From a virus (Duplodnaviria > Heunggongvirae > Uroviricota > Caudoviricetes), in the IMG/VR virus record IMGVR_UViG_3300001798_000005: a stretch of 64,000 nucleotides of DNA; one strand, 5' to 3'. Position 1 is the stretch's first letter, and each line of letters opens with the position of its first letter. Of the stretch, positions 46,790-56,177 are shown piece by piece. The position numbers and the translations under genes are program-made. Under the pieces are notes generated by a model. It was given only the letters and a program-made list of their open reading frames with translations. It did not search any database and was not told the origin of the DNA.

Positions 46790-48354
46790 CAGCCCCTCCA
46801 GCGGTTACCAGAAATGAAAAATATAGTCGTCGCCCCCGAGGGGTACATCCCGACATGAGCTTTGGCCCAAGTACTATAGCCCATGTTATACCCGAGATTG
46901 TATTGACTTGACGTCCCGGCCTGGATGGCTCGGTTCTTCTTTCCTGGTCCGTGGCCGTGGCCCCCTGAGGCGGCCCTGCCGGTCTTGGCCATCCCGGCCA
47001 GACTCCCCCGGGAACCATTGACGCCCTTGTCGAAGTGTTGGTTAAAATCCACCCCAAGGATTTCTACTTTTTCAGATCTGTCATGAAAGATGACACTTTC
47101 GGGATTTCGGATTCGTGATTCCATATAAAGCTTCAGCGGATGGGGGATAGAGATCTCCATTCCCCGGCAGGTGATCCCCTGGAGGACTTGAAGATTTAGC
47201 TCGTGATAGATCAGGGCATTCTCGGGATCCTGCCTGATATCGGCTTCTTTGAGCCACCGCTGAAGGGCGTCATTGTGGTTTGAGGGGACGATGTGGTAAA
47301 TCGTATCGGGTCGATTCAGGCAATCAGAAAAGAAGTCCACCAGCCGGGTAAGCTCATCATCGACTGAATTTAGCCCCCAGTGGTGCTTGGCGAAGTTCAG
47401 ATGAACATCCCCCCGGTGGTGGTGATTGGCTGAGAAGAAGTCCAAGACGTCATGATGGAATTCATGCTCGGGGTTCAGGACCTCAGTGATGGATCCCGCC
47501 CCCCAGGTGGCGGCCTTCACGCCTGGATCGATAAAGTCCAAATGGGTATCCCCGCAACTTAACGCCTTGAGGCGATGCTGCCCAGTAGTGCCATCAGGAG
47601 AATAGTAGCTATCAAGATCGTAGAATCCCCCATGGGGGTCGGCCTCAATATTCCTTAACCAGAAGTCTTCTCCATCTCGCTCCACCACCACGGCCCCACA
47701 GGCATGGCGGGCTGTGGCCTTCATGCCTGCGACTGATTCACTGTAGCGGGATTCCGTCACGGCGCCGGTGGTCATGAAGATCCGGGGGTTGTCCCCGACA
47801 GGGCGGGCGGCGGTTTTAGTCTCGATCGTGGGGTGGCCGATGACAAAGCTCCTCTGGGGGTCCAGGATATCCAGACCCGCCAGGGGGCTGGCGGCGGTGG
47901 CCTGGATGAAGGAATTGCCCATGATAGTCAACAAACCATTCACCTCGAATGAGTCAAGATGGATGTCATCCCGGAGTTCTCTGGCCCACCAGGTGGCTCC
48001 ATCCTGCTTGGCCAAGTAGGCGGAAACGTTCTTATACCGGATGGGGATCACGAGGAGCTTTGCCCCCCGGTGCTGGCAGTATTGGCGCAAGCTGGCCAGA
48101 AATGGCTCATTAATGGCGGTATTGTTAATCGCGCAAGTGACGATGAAGATTGATTTTTCATTATTGACAATGGGGGTCTGGACGCCCGGGGAGCTGAGTC
48201 GGGTTTTCTTCTTTATATTTAATTCTGAAATCCAATCGAAAAAAGTAGACTTTGCGACGCCGAGGAGCTTGGCGGCCTTTCTGACAGACCCGGCTCTCTC
48301 TAGAGCCTCGATGATTTCGCCAGTAGGAGGTTTAGCCGTTTTTGGACTTGACAT
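46789..48354 (-). CDS. N-terminal HTH + calcineurin-like metallophosphoesterase domain protein (521 aa)
   Basis: HTH AAKLLGVAKSTFFDWI; motifs GDTHLD and VPSNHND (GNH[DE]-like); sits between TerS and TerL. Confidence 0.4.
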   Translation of the reverse strand: MSSPKTAKPPTGEIIEALERAGSVRKAAKLLGVAKSTFFDWISELNIKKKTRLSSPGVQTPIVNNEKSIFIVTCAINNTAINEPFLASLRQYCQHRGAKLLVIPIRYKNVSAYLAKQDGATWWARELRDDIHLDSFEVNGLLTIMGNSFIQATAASPLAGLDILDPQRSFVIGHPTIETKTAARPVGDNPRIFMTTGAVTESRYSESVAGMKATARHACGAVVVERDGEDFWLRNIEADPHGGFYDLDSYYSPDGTTGQHRLKALSCGDTHLDFIDPGVKAATWGAGSITEVLNPEHEFHHDVLDFFSANHHHRGDVHLNFAKHHWGLNSVDDELTRLVDFFSDCLNRPDTIYHIVPSNHNDALQRWLKEADIRQDPENALIYHELNLQVLQGITCRGMEISIPHPLKLYMESRIRNPESVIFHDRSEKVEILGVDFNQHFDKGVNGSRGSLAGMAKTGRAASGGHGHGPGKKNRAIQAGTSSQYNLGYNMGYSTWAKAHVGMYPSGATTIFFISGNRWRG

Positions 48355-48713
48355 TTAAAATCCTCATGCTACCCATGGCACAATAGTATCATTTTAAAAA
48401 CAAACGATCAAAGGATTGACAAATATAGAATGTGATGTAAGATATATTTAACTGAACGGTTGGTGGGCTGATTAATACCAGTAAGCCAATCAGTAAATCC
48501 TGCTCTTGAGTCGAAAAGGGATCGCCCCGTGCCTTCAGGGGGTATCGTTTCTGAAGGCGCCAGTCTTGGCTGATTGACTCTCGCGCCGGTTTACGCCGGA
48601 ATCTGATGAAAGAAGCCGAAGTCCCTTGGCTAGGGGGACTTGATACCCTAGCCACCTTTTACTTTGGCGTCTGGACCTTGTAACTCCCGACAAGAGTAAA
48701 TGCCGGCTTTTCT

Positions 48714-49004
48714 TTATTCTTCATACCTTGTCCCCCGGCAGGACCGACAGACTATCCAGATCTCCATCCCGGCGGGCCAGTGCTGAAGCTCCCAGGCCGA
48801 CAGGAGATCAGCCGGGACACACAAGACCTCAAGGATCTTGCCCCGCCCACCGCAGTCCTGACACCGTCTGGCCTCAACGTTTTTTCGCATCCTTCTTGGC
48901 CTTCTGGTTTGCAACTTTTGCCGCCTTCTTGGCTTTATTGATCGCCTCAGTCCCGTTCGCCTTATAGGCCTTACACTTCTCCTTGTTCCGGCCCTTTTTC
49001 GCAT
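48714..49004 (-). CDS. Arg-rich basic protein with C-terminal CxxC...CxxC zinc ribbon
   Basis: First 45 residues more than 40 percent Arg/Lys; CQDCGG...CRSCRG; alternative Lys-rich frame 48874..49014 also open. Confidence 0.35.
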   Translation of the reverse strand: MRKRAGTRRSVRPIRRTGLRRSIKPRRRQKLQTRRPRRMRKNVEARRCQDCGGRGKILEVLCVPADLLSAWELQHWPAGMEIWIVCRSCRGTRYEE

Positions 49005-49387
49005 TGCCCGCCATTGTTGGATCTCCCATTGTCGGGCAGATACAGGGTTACCCTGGTGGCCCCGTCTCCGCCGGTTTCTGTCACTTCATGTTTTTCAGAC
49101 CAGTTAGCCCGGTTCTTCATGTTGAGTTCCCAAACCTTGGTGTTGAAATTTTTGATCTTGCCAAACATGGCATTCATCCCGGCGTTCTCCATCATTAGAA
49201 GATACTCTGCTTCCCCGAACTCTTTTGCCTCGGCGAATTCGGGGACAATTTTCAACCAATTGTGCATTGTCGCCATCTTGACGCGAATCACAGCGGCGAA
49301 GGATGAGAAAGATTTACCTTTCTTCATATGCTCAATGAGCTGTTCCGCATATTCGCGCCTGTAAGTATATGGCTTCGTGGGTGGCAT
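48971..49387 (-). CDS. terminase small subunit
   Basis: HTH-like N-terminus and C-terminal ...TLYLPDNGR motif recalled from TerS proteins. Confidence 0.5.
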   Translation of the reverse strand: MPPTKPYTYRREYAEQLIEHMKKGKSFSSFAAVIRVKMATMHNWLKIVPEFAEAKEFGEAEYLLMMENAGMNAMFGKIKNFNTKVWELNMKNRANWSEKHEVTETGGDGATRVTLYLPDNGRSNNGGQCEKGPEQGEV

Positions 49388-49457
49388 TTTGCCTCCTAGA
49401 GAAACGCGGGCCTAAACCCGCGAGGAACAACAGTGGAAAGGAAAGGACACAATTCTA

Positions 49458-49769
49458 TTATAAATCCTCGCTGACACTCTGCCAGCCTTCATCCCAAGCC
49501 CGATGCTCACTGCTAGCCTCCGGGTAGGGGTTCCAAACCCTTTGGGCGTTATGTTCGCTTCGGCTGACATAACCTTCCCGGTGGGCTTTGGCGATCGGGT
49601 CGGGGCCGGTGGCCTTGATCTCAGGAGTCTCTTCACCCATGAGCATTTTTTCAAACCCCACCATGGAAACCTGAAAGTCGCCATCATCTCTCATCTGGTC
49701 CAGGAGGGTGATGATGATGTCTGTGGCGTACATGGTTTTGGGCATTTTTTCAAGATCGGGTTTCATCAT
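49458..49769 (-). CDS. hypothetical protein
   Basis: ORF only. Confidence 0.4.
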   Translation of the reverse strand: MMKPDLEKMPKTMYATDIIITLLDQMRDDGDFQVSMVGFEKMLMGEETPEIKATGPDPIAKAHREGYVSRSEHNAQRVWNPYPEASSEHRAWDEGWQSVSEDL

Positions 49770-49969
49770 CCATCCTTTCGGGGCCGACTCATTATAGAGT
49801 CAGCTAAAATACTAACATCCTTTTGCATCTCGACCAAGTGCGTCGATAGCTTAATCGCCTGCTTGGTGTGGGGGCCGATCTGTTCCTCAAGCTCCCTTAT
49901 TCGGATCAATAGAGCCCCCAGGCGAGACGTCAAAGCCACTAACCAAATAATGACAATCCACTCAAACAC
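49766..49969 (-). CDS. small membrane protein
   Basis: TM FEWIVIIWLVALTS. Confidence 0.35.
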   Translation of the reverse strand: MFEWIVIIWLVALTSRLGALLIRIRELEEQIGPHTKQAIKLSTHLVEMQKDVSILADSIMSRPRKDG

Positions 49970-50786
49970 TCAAGGCCTCCTTCCGGCCCAGGAGGTTATA
50001 ACATTCTTCCCGCTCGGTTCCTTGGGGCCACGGAGACAGCTTCCTGAAAGATTGGCCTTTCTTGATATTGTAAACCGTTGATGCCGATATCCCGGTTAAT
50101 TTTGCAATTGTCTTATGATCGGAAGTAACTTCCAGAAGCGTCTTGACATTTCGGGCGAGATTCTCATCCAGGCGTTTTTCGATAAAACTGCGTTCCCGAT
50201 GGGGAGCATTAGTGCATTTTTGCGGTTTCATCCCAACCCTGTAGAGTGTTCCGCCATACCGGCGATCCTCTTTAATGTAATTGACAAAATCAATGCGACA
50301 TTGCCCTATTGGGGGAATGGTGTAAATCTTGGCCCCATTCTGGCTAACTGAAGTCACCCCAGGGCAGATCTTCCAAAAGAATTTACTGAAAGGAGTCTGA
50401 CCGATTGGTGAAGTGATCCCAGTTTGGGACTTGTGGGCATAATCAGCATACAGGTTTTGAAAGGATACTTTAGAGCCGAAAATAGGATCCAAGTCATTGT
50501 TCAATAATGATTCCCACCATGATTTTACGCCAGAATAAGTTAAGGTGATGTCTGATAATGCCCCAGATGTGCAATTTATTTTCATAAGAGGCGCTGTAAT
50601 CTTCCTATTCTCAAGGGACTCCTCAAGGCCTTGAAAGATTTGACTCTTGAGGGCTTCCTGAATCCGATCTTTTTCGCTGCTCATGCGATCATCGAGATAC
50701 GATGAATATTTTTCAAATTTTTCATTTATTTTTGCGTCAATCTTTTTGTCAATTGCTTCCCAGATTTTATCCCATGGAAAGATCAT
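49962..50786 (-). CDS. hypothetical protein with C-terminal HTH
   Basis: HKTIAKLTGISASTVYNIKKGQ. Confidence 0.45.
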   Translation of the reverse strand: MIFPWDKIWEAIDKKIDAKINEKFEKYSSYLDDRMSSEKDRIQEALKSQIFQGLEESLENRKITAPLMKINCTSGALSDITLTYSGVKSWWESLLNNDLDPIFGSKVSFQNLYADYAHKSQTGITSPIGQTPFSKFFWKICPGVTSVSQNGAKIYTIPPIGQCRIDFVNYIKEDRRYGGTLYRVGMKPQKCTNAPHRERSFIEKRLDENLARNVKTLLEVTSDHKTIAKLTGISASTVYNIKKGQSFRKLSPWPQGTEREECYNLLGRKEALSV

Positions 50787-50961
50787 TCATTTTCTCCTTC
50801 AACTGTTCTGCTCTCTGCTTTAATTTCTCTAGTGCGGGGCCGGAGGCCAGCATGGCATCACCTGAAAGTCGGCCTTCCTCACGGGCCTCCAGGATATCGC
50901 AATAGGTCTCCCGCAAGAGACGTAAATATTCATTATCGTTCATTTGTCCAGTATTGCACAT
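50767..50961 (-). CDS. hypothetical protein (64 aa)
   Basis: ORF at divergent switch point. Confidence 0.35.
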   Translation of the reverse strand: MCNTGQMNDNEYLRLLRETYCDILEAREEGRLSGDAMLASGPALEKLKQRAEQLKEKMNDLSMG

Positions 50962-51010
50962 ATGGGAATGTTATGCAACAATAGCGGCAATGGTAAGTTT
51001 GGGAGTAAAA

Positions 51011-51346
51011 ATGAAAAACCACGCGGAAATTTATCAAGCACTTTTGGATGGAAAAAAATTGACGTTCTCTCAAAAATCCTACGTCTGGCTCGAAGACGGA
51101 ACCCTTGTCAATCAGGCCGGCAACTGCCCAGAGAGCAACTTTTTATTCCCGGAAGACTGGGAAATCTACAAAGAGCCCAAAAAGAGCCTGACTTATGAGG
51201 AAGCGATTGCTTGCCGAAAGGTGAGGATCGTGTGGCCGAATGGGTGTGGGCAGGTTGTGGACCGCAATTCTGGAATGGATTGGGCGCTGACTCGCTTTGA
51301 CCTTGCCGAGCGCCGTGGGTATTTGATGGAGGAGGAGGTGGAGTGA
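51011..51346 (+). CDS. hypothetical protein
   Basis: GGAG-N5-ATG. Confidence 0.45.
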   Translation: MKNHAEIYQALLDGKKLTFSQKSYVWLEDGTLVNQAGNCPESNFLFPEDWEIYKEPKKSLTYEEAIACRKVRIVWPNGCGQVVDRNSGMDWALTRFDLAERRGYLMEEEVE

Positions 51347-51492
51347 TAATCTGTGATTTTTGCTTTAAATCGCAGTACGCAGTCAAACTGCTTATAGCAG
51401 GGCCAAATGTGATGATTTGCAATGCATGTGTGGATATTTGCAATGAAGTTGTGGCGGAACACGCCAAGGAAGGGACGAAAACCAATGACTGA
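51343..51492 (+). CDS. ClpX N-terminal zinc-finger (zf-C4_ClpX)-like micro-protein, 49 aa
   Basis: GGAGGAGGAGG SD then GTG; CDFCFKSQYAVKLLIAGPNVMICNACVDIC closely matches the ClpX ZBD pattern C.FCGK....KLIAGP.V.IC.EC...C. Confidence 0.55.
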   Translation: MIICDFCFKSQYAVKLLIAGPNVMICNACVDICNEVVAEHAKEGTKTND

Positions 51493-52012
51493 CAAGATGA
51501 CGCCGGAAGAAGATTATCAACATTGGCTTGAAAGTCTGTCTGGTTCAGATCTTCATGAGGACTGCTATTTTGTGACAAGTGACGAGATTTTGGAGCTAGA
51601 TACAATCATCGTCAATGAACGCGCCCAGGCCGTGGAGGAGTATCGACAAGATCTAATCCGTCGTGGCATTAGTGCGCTAGAGGACACAGATCGCAATCCT
51701 GCAATGATCCTCGTACTAGAGATCTATCGCGCCTTTGGCTGGCAAGGTGGCACAATCCATCAAGTGATCGCCGAGATAAAAAGGCTTCGTGAGGTGGGAA
51801 AAGGCCACCAGTGGCAGCCGATTGAGACCGCGCCGAAAGATACCAGCCAATATATACTTGCCTCCAGAACAACCGGAAGAGCATACTGGATTGTGTTTTG
51901 GCACCCAATGAAGGACGGCTGGTTTATCCCTGGGGCAAATACAAGCGTTTGTCCCACCCACTGGATGCCGCTGCCAGAGCCGCCACAGAGTCAGATGAAG
52001 GAGGGGATCTAA
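51485..52012 (+). CDS. DUF551-like domain protein
   Basis: C-terminal WQPIETAPKD...WMPLPEPP. Confidence 0.45.
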   Translation: MTDKMTPEEDYQHWLESLSGSDLHEDCYFVTSDEILELDTIIVNERAQAVEEYRQDLIRRGISALEDTDRNPAMILVLEIYRAFGWQGGTIHQVIAEIKRLREVGKGHQWQPIETAPKDTSQYILASRTTGRAYWIVFWHPMKDGWFIPGANTSVCPTHWMPLPEPPQSQMKEGI

Positions 52013-52362
52013 TGCCTTTTTACGAGTTACCCGGCCCAAAGGTTGTTGAAAAGTACACTGAATATCTTCGTATAGCAAAGGCAGACCCAAATGGTGAATG
52101 GAATTCAAATGAATATTGGATGAGTTGTGGCTTTAAGGCCGCCTGCACAATGTTTTTTGGCACTGTGTACGCTGGCTCTCTTATAATGCAGTCCGATAGT
52201 TTGCTTGAGGAGGAGACAGCCCAGGCCGTCCAGACCTTCCCTGAGGCCTACGAGGGCGCCAAGGCCAGACAGCCACTAGTGGGCGAGATTCTGCAACTTT
52301 CCCCGATTCCGGGAAAGTTGGATGTGCCACGCTTCTCCAGCACAGATGAGCCGGGGGTGTAG
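52013..52362 (+). CDS. hypothetical protein
   Basis: ORF. Confidence 0.4.
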
Positions 52363-52366
52363 GCGG

Positions 52367-52936
52367 ATGAAGGTACTTGTTGGCTGCGAATTCAGTGGGA
52401 TTGTGCGGGACGCCTTTCTGATGGCTGGTCACGAGGCTGTATCCTGCGACCTTCTTCCCACGGAAAGCCCAGGGCCTCACATTCAAGGTAATATTCTGGA
52501 TCATTTGGATGACGGGTGGGACCTAGGCATTTTCCACCCGCCTTGCACCTACTTATCGAATAGCGGGGTCCGCTGGCTGCATTCCGACCCGAAGCGGTGG
52601 GAACTTATGGCCGATGCGGCTCATTTTTTCAACACGATCTTGTCCGCTAATATCCCCTCGATCTGTGTCGAAAACCCGATCCAACATAAATACGCGCGGG
52701 CGCTTATCCCATTGTATCAACAGATCATACACCCGTGGCAGTACGGACACCCGGAATCAAAGACGACTTGTCTTTGGCTTAAGAACCTACACCCCTTAGT
52801 GACAACAAGAATCATGGAGGAGCGGGAACAAAGGCTTTGGAAGCTGCCGCCCAGCCTAACCCGCTGGAAGAAGCGCAGTGTTACTTATGCCGGAATCGCT
52901 CAGGCGATGGCAGAGCAATGGAGCAAGTATGCATAA
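52367..52936 (+). CDS. short DNA (cytosine-5)-methyltransferase-like protein lacking an obvious target-recognition domain
   Basis: Motif I-like GCEFSG, motif IV PPC (FHPPCTYLS), motif VI ENP (ICVENP); only about 190 aa. Confidence 0.4.
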   Translation: MKVLVGCEFSGIVRDAFLMAGHEAVSCDLLPTESPGPHIQGNILDHLDDGWDLGIFHPPCTYLSNSGVRWLHSDPKRWELMADAAHFFNTILSANIPSICVENPIQHKYARALIPLYQQIIHPWQYGHPESKTTCLWLKNLHPLVTTRIMEEREQRLWKLPPSLTRWKKRSVTYAGIAQAMAEQWSKYA

Positions 52937-53093
52937 TAATAAATTTTTACAACGGGCAATGCCGCAAAAATTGATTGAACAGAAGGAGGACCCCCAACCG
53001 TGACCAAATTTAGCGCCCACCTGGATCGCGTATCAGCCATTGTGGACAAGTGGCCCGAATGGAAACGTAATATTTTTGGAGGAAACGAGAAAA

Positions 53094-53276
53094 ATGACAC
53101 ATTTATTTTGGGAATCCTATGAGTCCGAAATAAGCCCTGAAGGCTATCGTATTGTGCAACTGGAGGGCGAGGTTGAGCGGCTGAAGGAAAGCGTAAAGTG
53201 GTATGACAGCCATTTAAGCGCCGTCAATGTGGTTTTTTTATCCAAAAGGGGGCGGGTAGTTGCGTCTATTTTCTGA
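53094..53276 (+). CDS. hypothetical protein (alternative overlapping frame from GTG 53000 also possible)
   Basis: Two overlapping short ORFs each with SD. Confidence 0.25.
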   Translation: MTHLFWESYESEISPEGYRIVQLEGEVERLKESVKWYDSHLSAVNVVFLSKRGRVVASIF

Positions 53277-53381
53277 GATGCTGGTACACCCTCGTCCAGG
53301 CCTACTGGGACGTCAGGCAGGGACACGAGCGGGCAAAGCTTTGGCAACGTATTGGTAAGGATTTGAAGGAAAAGAACAAAA

Positions 53382-53798
53382 ATGCTGACAAATGAGGAAT
53401 TAAATGCGATTCACAAGCGCTACCCGTTTAATCAGGATGGGGATATCTGGCATTTGCTGGCCCACATCACCGAGCAGCAGGAGGCCATTGAGAAGCTGCG
53501 GGAGGCGCTGAAGTGGTACGACTTTAAAGACATTCCGGGCAAAGAGAGCTATGATCAGTGGAAAAATAGGACTAAAGTCAAAGCGGGAGAGATTGCGGAA
53601 ACGGCCCTCGCCACCCCCATCGCCCAAAAGGCCCAAGCGGAGGCGAGGGTGCTGGAAGCGGCGAAGGGGATGGTGGCGGAGATGGAAAGACGCGGGATTG
53701 ACACGCACGGGGAGAGTTTCAATCCTCTTTATCGGCATATTGTTGATGCCGTCGAAGCCCTCCGGGCGCTGGAAGGGGGCGGTAGATGCTTTGGATAA
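53382..53798 (+). CDS. hypothetical protein, paralog A (MLTNEEL...LLAHITEQ family)
   Basis: Shares N-terminus and AHITEQxExIxKLR motif with 54087..54560; 21-nt DNA identity at 53455 and 54389. Confidence 0.5.
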   Translation: MLTNEELNAIHKRYPFNQDGDIWHLLAHITEQQEAIEKLREALKWYDFKDIPGKESYDQWKNRTKVKAGEIAETALATPIAQKAQAEARVLEAAKGMVAEMERRGIDTHGESFNPLYRHIVDAVEALRALEGGGRCFG

Positions 53799-53838
53799 AT
53801 CAGATTTTTTGTAAGCACAAATGGGAATACAGGGGTGA

Positions 53839-54072
53839 ATGGAAAAACTTCTTCGGGGCCACAGCAACACGATACCAATGCAAACATTGCAAAAAAATCA
53901 TTCACGAGGAGGGATAGAAATGCTGTTGAGACTCCTTAAATTCTTGATTGGCTGGGAACCTTGCCGACATCAATATGAAAAGGTGGCAAATGTTTTTGAG
54001 GATGGTGATTACACCCTTCCCATACATATCAAATATCGCTGTGTCCATTGTTGCAAAGTCAAAAAAGTTTAG
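53839..54072 (+). CDS. small Cys/His protein
   Basis: CRHQ...CVHCC. Confidence 0.35.
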   Translation: MEKLLRGHSNTIPMQTLQKNHSRGGIEMLLRLLKFLIGWEPCRHQYEKVANVFEDGDYTLPIHIKYRCVHCCKVKKV

Positions 54073-54086
54073 GGAAGGATTAAAAA

Positions 54087-54560
54087 ATGCTGACAAATGA
54101 GGAATTGCAGGCGATAGCCGAGCTTGAGGAAAGAGCCACTAAAGGGCCTTGGTTTATAAAAACCGACTCCTGTGATTGTGGAGACGGCTATGGATGCTCT
54201 CACAGGGCGTGGGGCTATGAGCTTTATCGTGTAGATCCAGAACCAGATCCCGAATGGGGAGACATGGAAACAAAAGCCCGCCAATGCCTTTCCGGTCTAT
54301 ATCAGCGTCCGGTTGCTGAAGATATTATAATAAGCGTTGATGATGGTGAATTCTGTGCCACCGCCCGCACAAACATCCCCGCGCTCCTGGCCCACATCAC
54401 CGAGCAGGCGGAGACCATTGGGAAGCTGAGGGACGTAATCAGAAAATCTACCACCTATCGATACCAGACGTGTGATGGCACTTGGTGTACAGGGTGCTGG
54501 AAAGACTTGGCACGCGATACCCTCGCCGAAACAGCCGCGTTTGAGACCAACAATGTTTAA
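54087..54560 (+). CDS. hypothetical protein, paralog B with Cys-rich insert
   Basis: See paralog A. Confidence 0.5.
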   Translation: MLTNEELQAIAELEERATKGPWFIKTDSCDCGDGYGCSHRAWGYELYRVDPEPDPEWGDMETKARQCLSGLYQRPVAEDIIISVDDGEFCATARTNIPALLAHITEQAETIGKLRDVIRKSTTYRYQTCDGTWCTGCWKDLARDTLAETAAFETNNV

Positions 54561-55131
54561 AAAAGCTAAAATAGATCTCAACACTTATCTGATCGCTGAT
54601 CTCCATCTCGGCCATAAGGGAATTATCAAATTTTCCAGAACTGAATTCGAGACCCTCGACCAGCACCACGCGGCCATTGTTGAGAGATGGAACTCAGTCG
54701 TTTGCCCCAATGACAAAATACTGATCCTGGGCGATCTAGCGTTTACGATCCCTGAGCTTGAAATCCTCCATGACCTGAAAGGGAGCAAGATCCTCGTCAT
54801 GGGGAACCATGACCTTAACAGCGCCTCCAGGTATTTGAAGTATGTCGATGACATCGGAGGCGCAGTCAACTGCACCATAGGGGATAAACGGCTGATCTTC
54901 ACCCATATCCCGATTCACCCAAATTGCATGCGATGGGATCTCAATATTCACGGCCACCTCCATGGGGGGCAGATTTTGGATCATACGCAAGTGGACAAGC
55001 CAAGGGATTTGCGATATTATTGCGTAAGTTGGGAGATCCTAAACGGATATCCCGTGAAGTTAGGAACAGTACTGGAAAGGATTGATAATGAAAATCACCA
55101 TCCCGGCGGAATTAATCCCCAAGAGCATTGA
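54553..55131 (+). CDS. calcineurin-like metallophosphoesterase
   Basis: DLHLGH, GDLA, GNHD, GHLH motifs. Confidence 0.55.
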   Translation: MFKKAKIDLNTYLIADLHLGHKGIIKFSRTEFETLDQHHAAIVERWNSVVCPNDKILILGDLAFTIPELEILHDLKGSKILVMGNHDLNSASRYLKYVDDIGGAVNCTIGDKRLIFTHIPIHPNCMRWDLNIHGHLHGGQILDHTQVDKPRDLRYYCVSWEILNGYPVKLGTVLERIDNENHHPGGINPQEH

Positions 55132-55345
55132 AATTCAATGCAACCCGGATGGGTCCCTCTCTCCACTGGTGACAATAAGATTTGCCATCTCGCCACAACG
55201 GGAAGGCGTCTCTGGGAGAGAAAGTATCTACACTTATTCAAATTTCATTTCTGCCGCCCTGGTGGGGAGGCTCGTTGAAGAAATCACCCAAGGGGTTGAG
55301 GAGAAGCTCATAAAAGATCTTTCAGAAGACCTGGGGGAGGAATGA
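55082..55345 (+). CDS. hypothetical protein
   Basis: ORF. Confidence 0.35.
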   Translation: MIMKITIPAELIPKSIEIQCNPDGSLSPLVTIRFAISPQREGVSGRESIYTYSNFISAALVGRLVEEITQGVEEKLIKDLSEDLGEE

Positions 55346-55551
55346 GCCATCCTGAGCCGAGAATCAATATAGCGCCCCTCAGGGATGCCGGTTATACCTT
55401 TATTTTGCGCCAGAGCAACACGGATGGACACTGGAAGTATAAAAACGGCCCCCTGATGAGTACTGCCAATGCCCTGAAGGACCTAGAGAAGAGGAAAATT
55501 GCTATCCATAGCCGCAAAGTTATGAAGCGACCCGCCTGGGAGGGGATTTAA
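55342..55551 (+). CDS. hypothetical protein
   Basis: ORF. Confidence 0.35.
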   Translation: MSHPEPRINIAPLRDAGYTFILRQSNTDGHWKYKNGPLMSTANALKDLEKRKIAIHSRKVMKRPAWEGI

Positions 55552-55832
55552 CCAGCAGGGAGGATAATGGAGGAAGCAATGTCGTTTTCCCGAGGTAACC
55601 ATGGTCAGCGCCATTTATGTCTTCACCGGTGATCGGACCACCTATGTCTACCTCCCCCAGAGGGGGCTGCCCAACGGGGCTGCGTTGGCGGAATGGGTTT
55701 TCAGATACCTACATGAATATTACTATTTATTTACTTTATAGATCCATGGTGGATAACATGGAGGGTTAGGGATTATTGACACCAGGTGGAATTTTAGATA
55801 AAATTACGTAATATCAGCAGAAGGAAACAGCA

Positions 55833-56177
55833 GTGAATTATAAAGAATTTATCACCCTGGCCAGTCAGGGGAAAAAGCTCCGAGATAAAACTTGGGGTAA
55901 GGAACTGTGGATCCAGATGAGGGATGATGGGACTTTTATCAGCTCGGACGGTCGGGCAATGCACTATCAGGCTGGGGCAGACGTTTCTGAATTTGAGATC
56001 TTTATCGAGCCCGTGACCTTTGAGGCATGTCTGGCTGCGCAAAGTGTCAATATTATATTTCCCGGCGGAAACGGATCTTCTGATGATAGCTATACTCAAT
56101 CAGGCGGTTGGACCCTCCAGGAGCTTTCAGTTTTTGATCTCGCCATCCGGTATGGTTGGGAAATCGAACTCTCATGA
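55833..56177 (+). CDS. hypothetical protein
   Basis: ORF. Confidence 0.4.
   Translation: MNYKEFITLASQGKKLRDKTWGKELWIQMRDDGTFISSDGRAMHYQAGADVSEFEIFIEPVTFEACLAAQSVNIIFPGGNGSSDDSYTQSGGWTLQELSVFDLAIRYGWEIELS

Noticed and set aside
48389-48655. 88-aa minus-strand ORF
   Set aside because: Translation looks non-protein-like and the region is full of hairpins; treated as structured non-coding sequence instead
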